In this document: positions 27,492-41,423 of the stretch, one piece after another
How the letters are laid out: each line of letters begins with the position of its first letter
Position numbering within the stretch: the first letter of the stretch is position 1
Notes under the pieces: model-generated
Database searches by the model: none
What the model was told of the DNA's origin: nothing
Seen by the model: the letters and a program-made list of their open reading frames with translations, nothing else
Program-made: the position numbers and the translations under genes
Assembly: GCF_964204645.1 (NCBI RefSeq)
Contig: NC_134028.1
Span: 12,695,263-12,759,262, forward strand
DNA from: Tubulanus polymorphus
Lineage: Eukaryota > Animalia > Nemertea
Reading direction: 5' to 3'
Length of the DNA stretch: 64,000 nucleotides

Positions 27492-28042
27492 GACATATGA
27501 ATTTTATTTTAGTATATTTTCATTGTGAAAAATATTTTTTCAAAATATGAAATAGTTTCCCTGCCTACCTGTTCCCTACGAAATTTTGGATGTGTTACCA
27601 TAAACAAATGTTTATCTTTGGTCTTATTTGACTACAAAATAATTCTTTGAGGAGGATAAATACAAAATTAACTTAAAGAACTTTGAAGTCACGGATAAAA
27701 AAGATATTTCCGTCGAGTACTGTACCCTTTCCAATGGTTTTTGCCAATATTTTCTAAATTTGGATTGATCGCCAATGGTTTTTCTATACGACCCGGGCCT
27801 GCGGTATTGCATTTAGCCACCGGCGAAATCCGTCATCTTTTTTCTTGGCGTTCTTGCAGTAGAACGCGTTGGATTTTTTCGCCGTAAAAATCTGGGAATT
27901 AGGATATTAGGGAGTTTTCACTCTCATAACGGTGAGTCCGTTCGGTTTGGGGGTTATCCCTGGTTTCTTTTTTTCCATAAGAATTTTATTTACAAATATA
28001 ATTTGATTGAATTGAAATGTTTTGATTTGTAACAGGATAATT

Positions 28043-30249
28043 ATGCCACCCCCTCCTAAGGGTCAGCATCGTGGCGGGGAGGGATGCGGGCATTTGTTTG
28101 GCGCCTGGGACAACCACGATTCATGTGCGTCGTGCAGGCGCAAATCCGGTCAAATATGTGCAAGGAACAATCCTTGCAAGATTTGCGTCGTGTGGTCCGA
28201 GGACCTTTTTGGCTTCGGGCCGATAAGGCTCTTAAACTAAGAGATCGTCGTCGAGTTAGCAGGGATTCGTCGGTTTCGGCCGACGTGCCTACCGACATTT
28301 CTAATCCTGTTTCTTATCGTAAAGCGGAGAGGTCGCCGGTCGTTCAGGTACGATCGGCTTCCCAACTCCGTTCACCGGGGAGGAACGCTGGTGCACCGGT
28401 CTCCGGTCATTCCAGTCTCTGGTCGTTCACCGGTTCGGCCAGTTCAGACTTCATGTACGGAACCGAGCGCGCGCCGCAGTAGTCGCGAACGGCCCGCACC
28501 CGTTCGGTCGGTACCGGGTCGGGCATCGGTCCGGTTCGGGCACCGGTCCGGTCCAGACGTCGTCCGGTTCAAAACATCCGGTATGTTCATCGTCTGATTC
28601 TGATCGTCGCTCCGGGGATAGAGCTCGCTCTCCCACTAGATTTAGACGCCGTGAGCGTAATAAACGAGCAAGATCTCCTTCTCGCAGATCAAGGTTTGAT
28701 CGCGAGAGGGACTACGATCGTTATTGTCGGAAGTTTCGCCGTCGGTCTTCTCATCATTCGTCGACGTCGGTTAGCGATGAAAACGATTCTTCTAGTAGGT
28801 CGCGATCCCGTTCGAGGGACCGTCACCGAAGTCGGCATGATCGTCGGGATACTGGAAAATAGCTGACTCGGAAGGATTTCCATGTATTTGAGGAGAAAAT
28901 TTTGAACTTGTTATCTTCGTCGCAACAAGTCGCTGCAACCTCTACAACAGGTAAGCCTATTCCTGATTGTCCGGTTAGAAGTTCGCCAGCCCACTCAGTT
29001 TTTCGGAATTCTGACTCTGAATTCCTGGATGCTGCGGTAGGGTCTGATTTCAATGAGGATCCGGTCCCAGAAGCGGCAATTCCTTCTGGGGTCGTTCCTG
29101 CAATTGTGCAATTGTGGGTTGCCCCAGACGATGGGGGCTTCCCTGGCTCGCAATGTATCTCCGTCCCGTTCAGTTTTATCCGAACCAGCGGGGGACATGC
29201 CATTTAGAGCGATGTTCTTTGTCAAGCACGGGGCAACTCGCGCTAAGCCCACAGCAGCTCCTCTTGTCGGTGAGTCAATGGAAGCTTATCGCCCTCCGGA
29301 CTCCGATCTTAACGTTTTACGGGAATCGTCAGCGGTTTCGAGAGAATGGGCTCGATTGGATACGCAATTATGGGGTGAATGTCGGCCTGGAACATTTTCA
29401 TTTCCCCCTCCAGAACGGGGTATGAAATCTGGGAAATATTTTAGTTCAACCGATCCACCTATAGGCGCATTTCGCTCGGGGTATTACGCAACTCCAGGTG
29501 CTGTGGATCACAGTCATAACTGCCTGGATGCTGATCATACTTTGATCAGCCCGGATACTGTTACAGCACAGTCGGGTATTCGTTTGCCTAAGTCCGGTTT
29601 GGTGGCCATGACGTCAATCCTGGACAATCTTACCAGGGTTGGTTCGTTTCAAGATATGGCACTTAAGGTGTTGACGGGTGAGCTTCGCGGGACTCACGCC
29701 GCCATTCATGCGGGCTCCGACCCAGAGTCAGTTGCCCTAAAACTGGAGGGAATGGACCGGATTATCCAATCTTTGGCTCGGTCTGTTTCGCATGTAATTC
29801 CGTTGTCGGTTCGGGGTCAGGCTAATCTGGTGTTAGCCTCGCGTCAGTCAGTGATGGACTCCAGTTCCAAAACTCGTCTACCGGATATGGTGTCCAATGC
29901 TTTGCTGAGAGCCCCATTGGGGACGTCTTCATGTCTCTTCTCCGGTTGGTGCGCTCCGGTTTCCGCAGAGCTGAGGAAGATTCGGGAGGTTCAGGCCAAG
30001 TCCAACCCCCGAACTACGTGGAAAAAGCGTTCTGGTCCGAAGCCGGCGGCGCAAGGTTCGGCACGGGCGCAAACAGGACCATCTCAAACTTCAGCGCTTT
30101 CTCAGGTGGCTTCGGATGCCGGTTGGAGAACTAGCGCGCAACTTCAACAATCGTGTCAAGCCTCGTCCGGTCGTAACAGTTCCGGTTCGTATCGAGGCAA
30201 GGGGAAGGCTCCAAAAAGGGGCTCTTCCTTTTGGAAAAACTCGAAATGA
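28043..30249 (+). pseudogene. DIRS ORF1 (gag-like), interrupted
   Basis: N-terminal Cys/His cluster CGH..HDSCASC..C..PCKIC, an Arg/Ser-rich middle split across frames, and C-terminal ORF 29053-30249. Confidence 0.75.
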
Positions 30250-32283
30250 ATTCTTGGGACCAGTGGGAGGTTGTCTGCAGCAGGCAGCAACCCACTGGTC
30301 CGACCTCTTTGGAGACGGTTGGCCCTCCCGGGTCGTCTCTCGTGGCTACCGTCTCCGTTTCCTAAGGCGACCGCGCCTGATGAGGTCACCTCCCGACATG
30401 CGGCCAAAACCAGGTCAGGAGGCCTTAATCTCTCCGGCTCTCAAGGAATTGGCCGAGAAGGGAGCAATAGAACCAGTTTGCAACGAAACTTCTCCCGGCT
30501 GGTTTTCTCGAATATTCATGGTACCAAAGGCCACAGGGGGTCAACGGACAGTGATAGATCTGTCATCCCTCAATCGGCACCTAGACATTCCAAGGTTCCG
30601 GATGACTAAGCCCAAGGACGTGATTCAAGGGTTCCGTCCGGGTAAATGGGCGGCTTCATTGGACCTGAAAGATGCTTACTTTCAGGTTACAATTCACCCA
30701 AAATCTCGGCGATTTCTCAGGATAAAGTGGAAAGGCTGCCAGTTCCAATTCAGGTCTCTTCCATTTGGCCTCAGTACGGCCCCGTGGGTTTTCACCAAGT
30801 TGGTCAAGTCAGTTCAGAAGGTACTTCAGTCAAGGGGTGTTCGACTGTTCGTTTACCTCGACGACTGGTTAATAGTCGCAAATTCGGCTCAGGAATGTCG
30901 GGAGGCAATGACCTCAGTCTTGGACTTAGTCCATCAGCTAGGGTTCCGCGTAAACAGGGAAAAATCTCAGTTGACGCCGGCCCAACAGTTCACTTATCTC
31001 GGCATGGACTTCGATCTCCGAATCGGCAAAGTCTTTCCGTCTATGGTTCGTGTAGCCAAACTTCAAGGAGCTGTAGCGGGAGTGTCCACAACCCCGAGAT
31101 CAGCTCGTTACTGGTCACGGCTTCTAGGCCCCATCAGCTCCATGGGTCTGGTGGTGCCCTTAGGCCGCCTCAGAAGCAGGCGCTTGCAACAATATTGGAA
31201 GGTCTTCTGGTCTCAGTCGAAGGGCAACTGGGAGGCCTTGATTCCCGTACCTCCAACCGATCTAAGTCCGGATCTTCAGTGGTGGGCGGCAACTACGAAT
31301 CTTCGGCTCGGGGTGTCACTAGCCCCGTTAGAGGCTCCAGTTCGTGTATTCACGGATGCCAGTCACCAAGGATGGGGTCACATCTGGAGAACCGAGTCAA
31401 AGCCGGGAGATGGTCTCGCTACGAGGCCACCAACCACATAAATTTCCTTGAAATGCTGGCCGTGTGGAAGGCCCTGAAGTTCTTTCACAGGAGAGTGGAG
31501 GGCCACCACGTTTGGTTAGCCACAGACAATTCAACAGTGAGGGCTTACCTTCAGAACCTAGGGGGCACACCCTCAGAGGTCTTTCGGCCAAAATTCTTCT
31601 TTGGTGCCAGACAAAGGGCGTGTCCCTGACTATGGCACATTTAGCAGGGAAAAGGAACGTGACGGCCGCCGATGCTCTTGTCTCGTCGAGGTCAGGCTAT
31701 TGCGACAGAATGGGTTCTCCACCAAGAAGTAGCCGATCGGGTTCGGGGCATTTTTGGCAATCCGCTGCTGGATCTGTTTGCCACCCGGTTCAATCGGAGG
31801 TGTCCTCTGTTTGTGTCCCCGTTTCCAGACGCGGGAGCGTGGGGGGTCGATGCCTTCTCTCTGGACTGGTCGGGGATGCATGCGTATGCGTTCCCGCCCA
31901 CACCACCAGTCCTGCCGCGCTTACTGGATCAAATAGAGAGATCAGTCAATTGCAACATAGTTCTGGTAGCACCATGTTGGCCGGCTCAGAAATGGTTCCT
32001 ACCACTTCTCAACCTACTGTGTGACAACCCCAGGATTCTTCCGAATTTCCCATCGCTTCTGTCTCAGGGGAACTTTCGGCATCATCCAAACAGCCAGTGG
32101 TTAAATCTGCTCCCCTGGCCATTGTCCAGCGATCCTTGTCAGCTTCAGGCTTTTCAGATCAGGCTGCCTCCTTTATCGCAGGATCTAAGCGGCCATCAAC
32201 AAGTACCATTTACGATGCCAAATGGAGTCATTTTGCGGATTGGTGTGCTGCAGGGGAAATTGATCCATGCTCACCCTCTGTAG
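30116..32283 (+). pseudogene. DIRS pol: reverse transcriptase, RNase H and methyltransferase-like domain
   Basis: LDLKDAYF, LPFGLSTAP, YLDDWL; FTDAS, HINFLEMLAV, TDNSTV, NVTAADAL; DLFATRFN and AYAFPP; several frameshifts. Confidence 0.92.
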
Positions 32284-33124
32284 CTCAATCGGCAGATTTT
32301 TTACTGCACCTATTTGTAGTAAAAGGTTTACAGGTCATAACTATTAAAGGTTACCGCTCCGCGATTTGTCATACATTGCGTGCTTCTGGATGGCCAAATG
32401 TAGCAGGGATCATCGGATATCCCAGCTGGTTGCAGGGTTTTCTATTTCCCGGCCTCGGGTAACAAGGACAGTTCCACCATGGGATCTGTCTGTAATTTTG
32501 AAGAAGTTAATGGAGGCTCCATTTGAACCTCTTTCGGCAGCGTCATTTGCAAATTTGTCAAAAAAGACTGTATTTTTGCTGTTCTTGGCTTGCTCGGCCC
32601 GTCGCTCTGAGATTCATGCGCTTTCAGTCCAACAAGGTCATATTGTCTTTGGGCCAGCATATGAATTTGTTTCGCTGCGGCCTGCTTTGGAATTTTTGGC
32701 AAAGAACCAATGACCAGGCTCGGTTGGGCGTCAATGGCGAATTGAAGCCCTAAAACATCGAGTGGAACCGGGCATCCCGGACAGGACTTTATGTCCTGTG
32801 CGGGCGTTGTGTTTCTATTTAGATCGCTCTGCTTCACGGAGGGGTTCACGGGAGCGGTTATTTATTCCGCTGCTGGATCACCTAAAGGGGGATATTTCGC
32901 GGGACACAGTGGCCCGATGGGTCTCTTCACTGATCAAGGACATTTTATTGAAGGAGAATCTTTCTGCGGAGGGAGTGGTTTCTCATCAAGTGAGGTCTAT
33001 GGCTACTTCCTGCGCAGCCTTTTCGGGTGCTCCGTTGGAGGAAGTCTGTCGGGCCGCCTTTTGGAATTCACCGTCGACATTCACGTCATTTTATTTACGG
33101 GATGTTTCAGGCCAGTTAGGCTGA
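32097..33124 (+). pseudogene. DIRS tyrosine recombinase
   Basis: SAM-like N-domain (STIYDAKW..F, TIKGYRSAI), ARRSEIHAL, LCPVRAL, HQVR and FTSFYL catalytic motifs; a frameshift and an in-frame stop at 32711. Confidence 0.9.
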
Positions 33125-35299
33125 TTAGCTTCACTTGGTCCTGTTGTCATGGCTCAAGGTGTCCGTTCTTTCCGATCCGACCCTTTAGCGTAGAATATTT
33201 ATGTTGCATTATCAGGATCACAGGGGGTGTATCCTTGTACATAGTTTGGGCTCATATCTGCAAGTATTAATTTCGCAAAATTCTGGGGGGGGCCCTGAGC
33301 TGGACGGACTCACTGTGGCCAACCGGTCTTCCCTGTGCTACAGTGCTCCATTCCGTGCTTGGGTAAGTGCTCTCTTTTTCCCTCTTACCTTCATTGAGCG
33401 GTGGTTTTTCTATCTACCTTTCCCACCATCCTTGTGCTAGGCTAGTCTAGCAAAAACCATAGGAAAGGGTACAGTACTCGACGGAAAAATTACAATTTTT
33501 GGAACTAAAATTTGTATTTCCGAGTAGTACTTACCCTTTCCTATGGTGGGAATCCCGCCCACCTGCCCCGCATAGCTAAAACCATAGGAAAGGGTAAGTA
33601 CTACTCGGAAATACAAATCTTAGTTCCAAAAATTGTAATTTTCAAGCAATGCCCTTGCTCCAAACCTCTAGCGTTTTCAAGGTAAACCACACTTTGCCCG
33701 TGGGCAATTTATTTCACTTCAAGTGTATGTTCCCGTTTGCTGATACGGATCACACATAAGGATTTACATATAAAGTGGGCAACGGGACCATGCATTTGTC
33801 TACGGGATAAGTGAAAATACGAATTATGGAGTACATAAAGACATGTAATTTAAAGGGAATAACGTTACTGAAAAACGGGACCAATTTATTTATACGGAAT
33901 AGGCATGTTTGTACGGTTTAACCGGACTAACCGAGGTTGATTGTATTGGGGGGTATGTCAATGACATGTAATTAAAAATAGCCAGAAAGGAGACTGCAAG
34001 ATACTCTGCCTTAGCTTGGCGGGTAACCTCTAAACACCGAATGATATCTATAGGTCCGCCGAACCTCATAATTTTTCGGAATACGAAACGGACCCGTTAC
34101 AACCAGAGGACCTCACTTGCCACATGATTCATTCAATCAAAATATTCTACAAGGTTCGGAAGCGGACCTAAGATTCAAGTAGAGAATTTATTATACATGT
34201 ACAATAAAAGTTATATGTTTTTGAGCCTCGTATCTCCTCATATAGCAAAAATGTTCAACGATAAATATTTGAAAAAACTCGTCATTGTCATCAGTTACAT
34301 CAGCAAGCGCCGCTGCGCCAAGATGTTGTGTACTTTATTCCACTGCTCACGATCTGTAGTAATTTGTTTTAGGATTTCAATATCTGATGTTCTAAAAACT
34401 GGGGAGCAATTTTTTTTTCATAAGAGTTTCCACCATTTTGTTTCGCAGTGAACACACGTGGAATGGCTGAACACAGTGGAGCACTGTGTCACTGTAGTGT
34501 AGGACTGTGCCCGCGTGAAGTCGCGTAGAAGAAGTGTGTACATATACTCTACTGTTAGTACACTGATACAGTATAGTTGTGTACGTTTCTCTACTTATCG
34601 AATGGAAAACCTGCTTATCAAACCCGGGCGTATAGCGCAACGTTTTCTTACTTGATCAAAATGTTTAAACCTTAAAGAGAAAAGACTTGTTGTTGAATCT
34701 GACGATTCTTAGAAATTTGCCCCACCGAGATCATTTTTTGAGGAAATCATACTAAATGCATAGAAAATTCGGATTTCCAAACCACTCTCCAAATGCTATC
34801 TTTGAAAGAATTGAATGATTTAGATTTCATCTTATATTTTCTCCTCACTCATCATTGTACAGTAAGTACTAATTTTCCGTTTCAAGCATGAGCGCGTTCA
34901 TTTAAAAAAGGCATAATGACTAAATACTCTACTCTTCACTGGAGGTCAACCCGGTTTGCGGATAAACACTTGATACACGAATAAAAATGCGAAAACGTCA
35001 GAAATTGATTAAGGCCTGATCATGTAAGGATGTAAAATCGTAGAAAAGGTTGGCGGGTATTTGACACGGTTTTGTTTGTATAAGTTATTGTATATATGTT
35101 GTTCTAGACCAAAGGTCAAGATGTCGAGCTCATAAAAAAATGAAAAATAAAATCTAGCGCACTCGCCCTCTCAACCTTTGATCTAGAACCACATATACAA
35201 TGACTCTAATAATTCCATATATATGAATATCATATATAAATGAAAATTTTATATATGAATAACTTCTAAAATCAATTTGATAAAAAATTTGTTATTAAA

Positions 35300-38200
35300 A
35301 TGGAAGCAAATAAGAAGTACTACTGTCAAACATGTAAAATCAATATGAATAAATCTCAAAAAGCAAGACATAATAAAACTAAAACACATTTAGAAAATAA
35401 ATTGAAATTAGAATATAATGATGATTTATTAGAAACTAAAATAGAGGAATTAAAGAATGAAAAAGAAATATATAAATGTGATACATGTAATCAATTATTC
35501 AGAAAAAAAAGATATTATAAAGAACATTTAAAATCTTAGTCATATTAGAAATATCAATAATGATATTTTAGGTGAAGATTATTTTGATAAAGATAATGAT
35601 AAGAAACAGAAGACAATTAAAAAAATAAAAAATCAATAAAATAAAAGACCATACATGGAAGATGTTAGAAATTATATTAATTCATTAGATAATAAAAAAT
35701 TAATAGAGATAACGGAAGCATTTGAAAGTGATATTGGTCCAGCAGCTATCAAGTTTAAATTTTATAAAGGTAAAACGTTAGAAGAAAAATATTAAAAATG
35801 AAAAATAGTTTAAAAATAATTAATGACGTAGAATATCCTAAAATTAGTGTATCTGCTGAAGTTAAATTTATAAAATCTGAATATAAACCAATACATATTA
35901 TAAATTCTCATTCACAACATATTATATCTAAACAGCATATAGATGATAGATAAGATAAATGTTATGATGAAGTAAAAAATAAAATAGAAGAGAAATATTT
36001 TGAAGGATCGGGTTTGATATTTGATGAGATAATATTTATTACGTTACATGTGTACAATACAAAATATAATAAATTAACTAAATCAAAACCAATTGATGAA
36101 AATAATTTATCATATTATAAAGATGATAATATTAATGGATCAAGTTATATCAAATTACCATTTAAAACTAATGCTGTTATAAATGTACAAAATTCTGATG
36201 ATAAGTGTTTTCTATGGACAATTATAAGTTGTTTACATCCTGCAATTGATCATATTTGTAGAGTATCAATTTATTGACAATTTGAAAATAATTATAAGAT
36301 AAGACAATTATCGTGTTAAAATTTAACAAATACCAAAAATAGAAAGAGATAATAATGTAAAGATAAATGTATTCGATTTAATCAAATTACCAAAAACAAA
36401 AGGTAACAATATAAAACATTATACACTAGAACCTTTATATCTATCAAAAGATTACGATTCAAATGATGTTATATATATATTATATCATTTCCAATTAATT
36501 AAACGATTAAACAAATTGATTTATTTTTTAAATCAAGATTATTTTGATAATAAAATATATCTATGTAGAAAATGTTTACATAAATTAAGAACTGAAACTG
36601 CATTGTTAAATCATGAACAATTATGTGATAATCATGATTATTGTAAATTGATTTTACCAAATGAAAAAGATAAAATATTAGAATTCAAAAAATATGATCA
36701 CAAAAATTAAGTACCATTTGTAACATATGGAGACTTCGAGTCATTGAATAAAGAACTTACTGACCAAGATAGAAAAGAAATATATTATAAAAGAAAGATG
36801 TTAAATTCTGGTGTAATGGATTATTCAGATCCTCCAATAACAAATACTATTAAAAAGATTCATCAATCAGCTGCAGCTTTCGGGCTATATATTAAATCTG
36901 ATTATCCTGAATTATTAAAAGGTGAACATTATCATTATAGAAATGTAAATGTTATCAATCATTTTTGTGACTTATTAATTCAATATGAAATGAAGTTTAG
37001 TAAATTATTAGATACAAATATAGAAATTATAATGACAGAACAAGATAAAGAAGAATTTGAGATCGCAGATGTTCTTATTGTGAAAAACTATTTAATTTTA
37101 ATGATCATTTGAATGGTAAATTTAGAGGTGCAGCGCATGAGAATTGTAACTTACAAGCTAAGAAAATAAATTTTGTTCCAGTTATATTTCATAATTTATC
37201 AGGGTATGATGCTCATTTATTCATCAAGCAACTATGTCATAAAATAGAAGAAATCAATAATGAAATAGAAAGATTAAATTCAAATAGATCAAAAGATGTT
37301 GCTAAAATACCAACTTATAAATTTAAAATGTTAGCTAAAATATCTGAAAATTATATATCTTTCCAATTTGGATGTCTAAGATTTATAGATTCATATAGAT
37401 TTTTAAGTAAAATATTAAAACAACATTATCCAAATAATGATTATTTTCAATTAATGAGATATAAAGGAGCAATTCCATATTCATTTTATAAAGCGCATAA
37501 TGATTTTAATATAACTGAATTATTAAAAGAAAAATTTTATGGTGAATTAAGATCCGAATATGTTAAAGATGGAGTTTATAATAGAACATTGAATATTTGG
37601 AAAGTTTCAAAATAAAAAAATCATGGACAATTAGTAGATTTATATCTAAAATCAGATGTATTATTATTAACTGATATATCTGAAAGGTTTAGAGATGTAA
37701 ATCTAAAATATTTTAATATTGATCCATGTCATTGTTATTCATCACCAGGTTTAACTTGGGACTGTGGATTAAAATTTACAGATATAAAAATGGATTTATT
37801 AACAAATATAGATCAATTATTATTATTTGAAAGATCTATATGAGGAGGTGTTTCAGGTGTATTAGGTGATAGATATTTCAATGTAAATGATAATCCTGGG
37901 TATAAGTTATTATATATAGATGCAAATAATCTATATGGTTGGGCAATGATGGAACCACAACCTTACGGAGTATTTCAAATAACTGAAATTTTACAGCACG
38001 AAAATGTTGATAAATTTGATTGGAAAAAAAGAATCTAGATATTGCAGATGATTCAGATACTGGTTACTTTTTTTTTGTAGATTTAGAATACCCTGAAAAT
38101 ATTAAATTTAAATCTAGAAATCTAGCATACTGTCCCGGACATAAAACTGTAATACATGAAGTATTATCAAATTATCATAAAAGAATTAAACCTGAAAATC

Positions 38201-39090
38201 ATATTCATACAGAAAAGTTAATGGTAACTCAGGAAGATAAATATAATTATGTAGTACATTATAGAATTTGAAAATTCTATTTGAATCAAGGAATGATTCT
38301 AAAAAAGTACATACATGTAGATATATTTCATTTAGTCAAACTAAATGGTTAGAAAAATATATAGATTTTTATCACCAAACAGAGAACTAAAGCTAAAACT
38401 GATTTTGAGAAAGATTTTTTCAAACTAATCAATAATGCATTCTAAGGTAAGACTTGTGAAAATATTAGAAAAAGAAATGATATCGAGTTAGTTAGTTATG
38501 GTAAAAGAATTAGACATTTACAAACATATCCTAAATTTATTGGTAACAGAGGAGAATATTTGATGAAAATTTAGCTGCTGTCAAAATGAAAAGAACTTCT
38601 ATGAAGTTCAATTAACCAATTTATGTTGGAGCATCTGTTTTAGAAATATCAAAATTATTAATGTACGAATTTTACTATAACGTATTACAACCACTTTTTG
38701 GAGAATTATTTTGATTTCAGTAATTATCCAAAAGATCATGAATTATTTAGTAATGATAATAAAATAGATCCTGGGAAGTTTGAGGATGAATTTGGTGGTG
38801 AAGAAATGATAAGAGTTCATTGGAATTCGATCTAAAATGTATAGTTATAAAACTAAAGAATATGAAGCTAAAGAATTGAAAGGAATTACCAAAAGTGTAG
38901 TAGAAAAAAATATTCATTTCAAAGATTACATCAATTGTATATTTAATGAAGAAGTTAGAAAAAAATAAGATGAAATGTTTAAGATCTGAAGATCATGAAA
39001 TGTTTATAGAAGAGATAGAGAAGATAAGTTTAAATCCATTTGATGATAAAAGATATATTCTGGATGACGGAATTAATACAGTCGCGTAAT
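35300..39090 (+). pseudogene. Protein-primed family B DNA polymerase with N-terminal C2H2 Zn fingers (copy 1)
   Basis: GSSYIKLP..NVQNSDDKCFLW, YGDFES, GKFRGAAHENCNL, FHNLSGYDAHL, CLRFIDS, DPCHCYSSPGLTWD, YIDANNLYGWAM, NNAF-GK, DDKR; many stops and frameshifts. Confidence 0.9.
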
Positions 39091-39155
39091 CCTGTAATAT
39101 ATGAATTAGTTGTATGATGTAGAGAATAATTAATAATTTTTTTATAATAATAAAT

Positions 39156-40200
39156 ATGAATATAACAGTAGGACCGAGTATATGGTTTGGGTTTGATTTT
39201 AAACATGGTAAAGAAATGAGAATTAAACTAAATGATGTAATTACTGATATTAAAAAAGTAAATCATTTAATAATGCATCAATGATTAATAAAGAAAATTA
39301 TAATATAGAAAAAGGAATTGATTTAATTAAAACATCTTTATAGTACATGTATTATGAATAAATGAAGATGGAATTATCGATGATATCAAAAATATATTAT
39401 CTAAAATATATGATAATTATAAAAGTAGTAATGAAATAAATGTTGAAATGATTATAACTTAATATTTTGAAGATAGTAATTTCTTTTCTAACTAAATGGC
39501 GGATCAGAAGTGGATAATAACTGGTTTATATAATGGAGCATTGCTATAAGTTGGAACTGTTGGTTATACAATGTTATTGAAGAAAGTATTTAAAATGGGA
39601 AATATTAATGTTGATAGATTTGATAACAATGATATTTTAAAATTAACATAAGCAGTTACTTTTTAACAATTGATTATTTGGAAAAACAAAAATTTATTCC
39701 TATTGATGGGTAATTTTTTGTTAAATAAATGGCATCTGCAATTATAAATATTATCGGATCGGCAATTGTTAACGCTTTAGCACTTACAGGTGGTGGTTAA
39801 AAATGGTTCATTATTAGAACAAAAAAGACATAACTTAGCGTTACAGAAATAAAATAAAGCAGCAGAAGAATATAGAGAAAAGAGGCAAAATTATATAGGT
39901 TATATTAACAAAGAACTATATAATCAAAATATTTCACATACAGATTTTAAGTCAGTTGATGATGCTATGAGTTTATATAACGCAGTAACAAATCGTGAAA
40001 AATTACATCTATATAAACCTAAATTATCAGATTATTATACCCCAAGTAAAGAACAACAACAATATGAAATAATTTGGATTTTAGGTGGAACAGTTATTGT
40101 TATATTTGTAGCATATTAATTTACCAATTAGTAATTCTTTTGCTAAATAAATGGATGATTTAGTTGATAATATTGATATTATTCCTCATGATATAAATAA
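39156..40200 (+). pseudogene. Cassette of small viral ORFs (MNITVGPS.., MADQKWIITG.., MASAIINIIGSAIVNALA.., MDDLVDNIDII..), copy 1
   Basis: Starts at 39156, 39496, 39729 and 40151, in the same order as copy 3 (61411, 61751, 62028, 62468); disrupted. Confidence 0.7.
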
Positions 40201-40219
40201 AACATTTCCAACCTATAAC

Positions 40220-41423
40220 ATTTCCAACCTATGTTTGAAGAATCTGGGTATGATATAAATGAAAAAGGTGCTAGACTTTTAGTAAAAGATTTGAAATTTT
40301 TAGATGGTGAATATTATTATCGTTTGAAAGATGATTCGGATTATTATTATATTTATATCACTTCGCAAAAATAGAAAAATAAGATTAAGATATTAGCAAA
40401 ATCAACTTTGCTTAAGTGAGAACCATCAAGAATTAAAAGAATAATTAATAGTAATGAAATAGAAAATGTTACTGACGCAGAAAAAAAGATAAATGAAAGA
40501 TCATTTCATCTAAAAATTAATGAATTTTTTGATACAATCAAAAATAATTTAGAAACAGAAACAACTTCTGAACAGAATATAACTTCCAAAACTAGTAATT
40601 TTAAATCAAGAGGAGTTCAAACTGAAAAACTTTTACCGAATGGGTTACTTGATAGAACAGATCAAGAATTAGAAGATATAAATATATTTTCTGATAAAAT
40701 AATTAGAGAAATTATTAGTGCAAGACTTGCATCTGATAAAATTTCGCATGATAAAAGTATGAGATTCTAAAATTAGAACTTTAAAAAAAGAAAAAACTGA
40801 TAAAATTAAAGAAATAGAACAATTAAAATTAGATAGAGATAATAAAGTTATTGAAGAAATTGAATTAAAAAAAATGCATATTGAGAAAAAGAAATTGATG
40901 ATTTAGAATATAACATAGAATAACAGAAAGAAGAAATGAAATTATTATTGAAATCATATGATTATGATATTAATAGATCAAAAGTTATTATTAAAGAGTT
41001 ATAATAAAACCAGATTCTGATATATCATTAAAGATAGAATAAAATTATTATTGAAGTTAGAAGGTATAACAATTCTTTCAATTCTAACAGCTGTAACTAT
41101 GGTATTTACAACAATAGGTTTAGCTATGACAAATTCTTTAAAATCTACACCAAGTCCTAACAAACCGGATAAACAACCAATAACAATAATTCTATACAAG
41201 ATAAAGGTTAGGATGGATTAAAAAAATATTAGCAAAATATTTATGGGAACTATCTAAAAAATCTGCTGCAGCTTTACCAGGAATTATTGCATCAATTGTT
41301 GGTTTTGTTTTAAAATCTGCTGGAAATGTTATTAGTTTTGCTGCTGAACATATTATTTTATTTTTGATAAGAGTTGTTAGTGCAATTATTTTTGGATTAG
41401 TGAATATGATAGAAAATAAATAA
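40220..41423 (+). pseudogene. Coiled-coil protein with hydrophobic C-terminus (putative viral membrane protein), 5'-deleted
   Basis: Charged K/E-rich region, then GITILSILTAVTMVFTTIGLAM and AAALPGIIASIVGFVLKSAGNVISFAAEHIILFLIRVVSAIIFGLV, read across frameshifts on the + strand. Confidence 0.6.

Larger units (their letters stand above)
27707..33641 (+). mobile_element. DIRS1-like tyrosine-recombinase retrotransposon, full length, ORFs frameshifted
   Basis: Gene order gag-RT-RNaseH-MT-YR. Left ITR tttccgtcgagtactgtaccctttcc; internal complementary region 33450-33547; right ITR plus extension 33578-33641; TTT at both ends; no TSD. Confidence 0.95.
26350..33943. mobile_element. Tc1/mariner-pogo-type MITE split by nested insertions
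   Basis: TA|CAGTCAACCTCGGTTAATCC at 26348 and GGACTAACCGAGGTTGATTG|TA ending 33945: ~20-bp TIRs with TA TSD. Confidence 0.7.
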
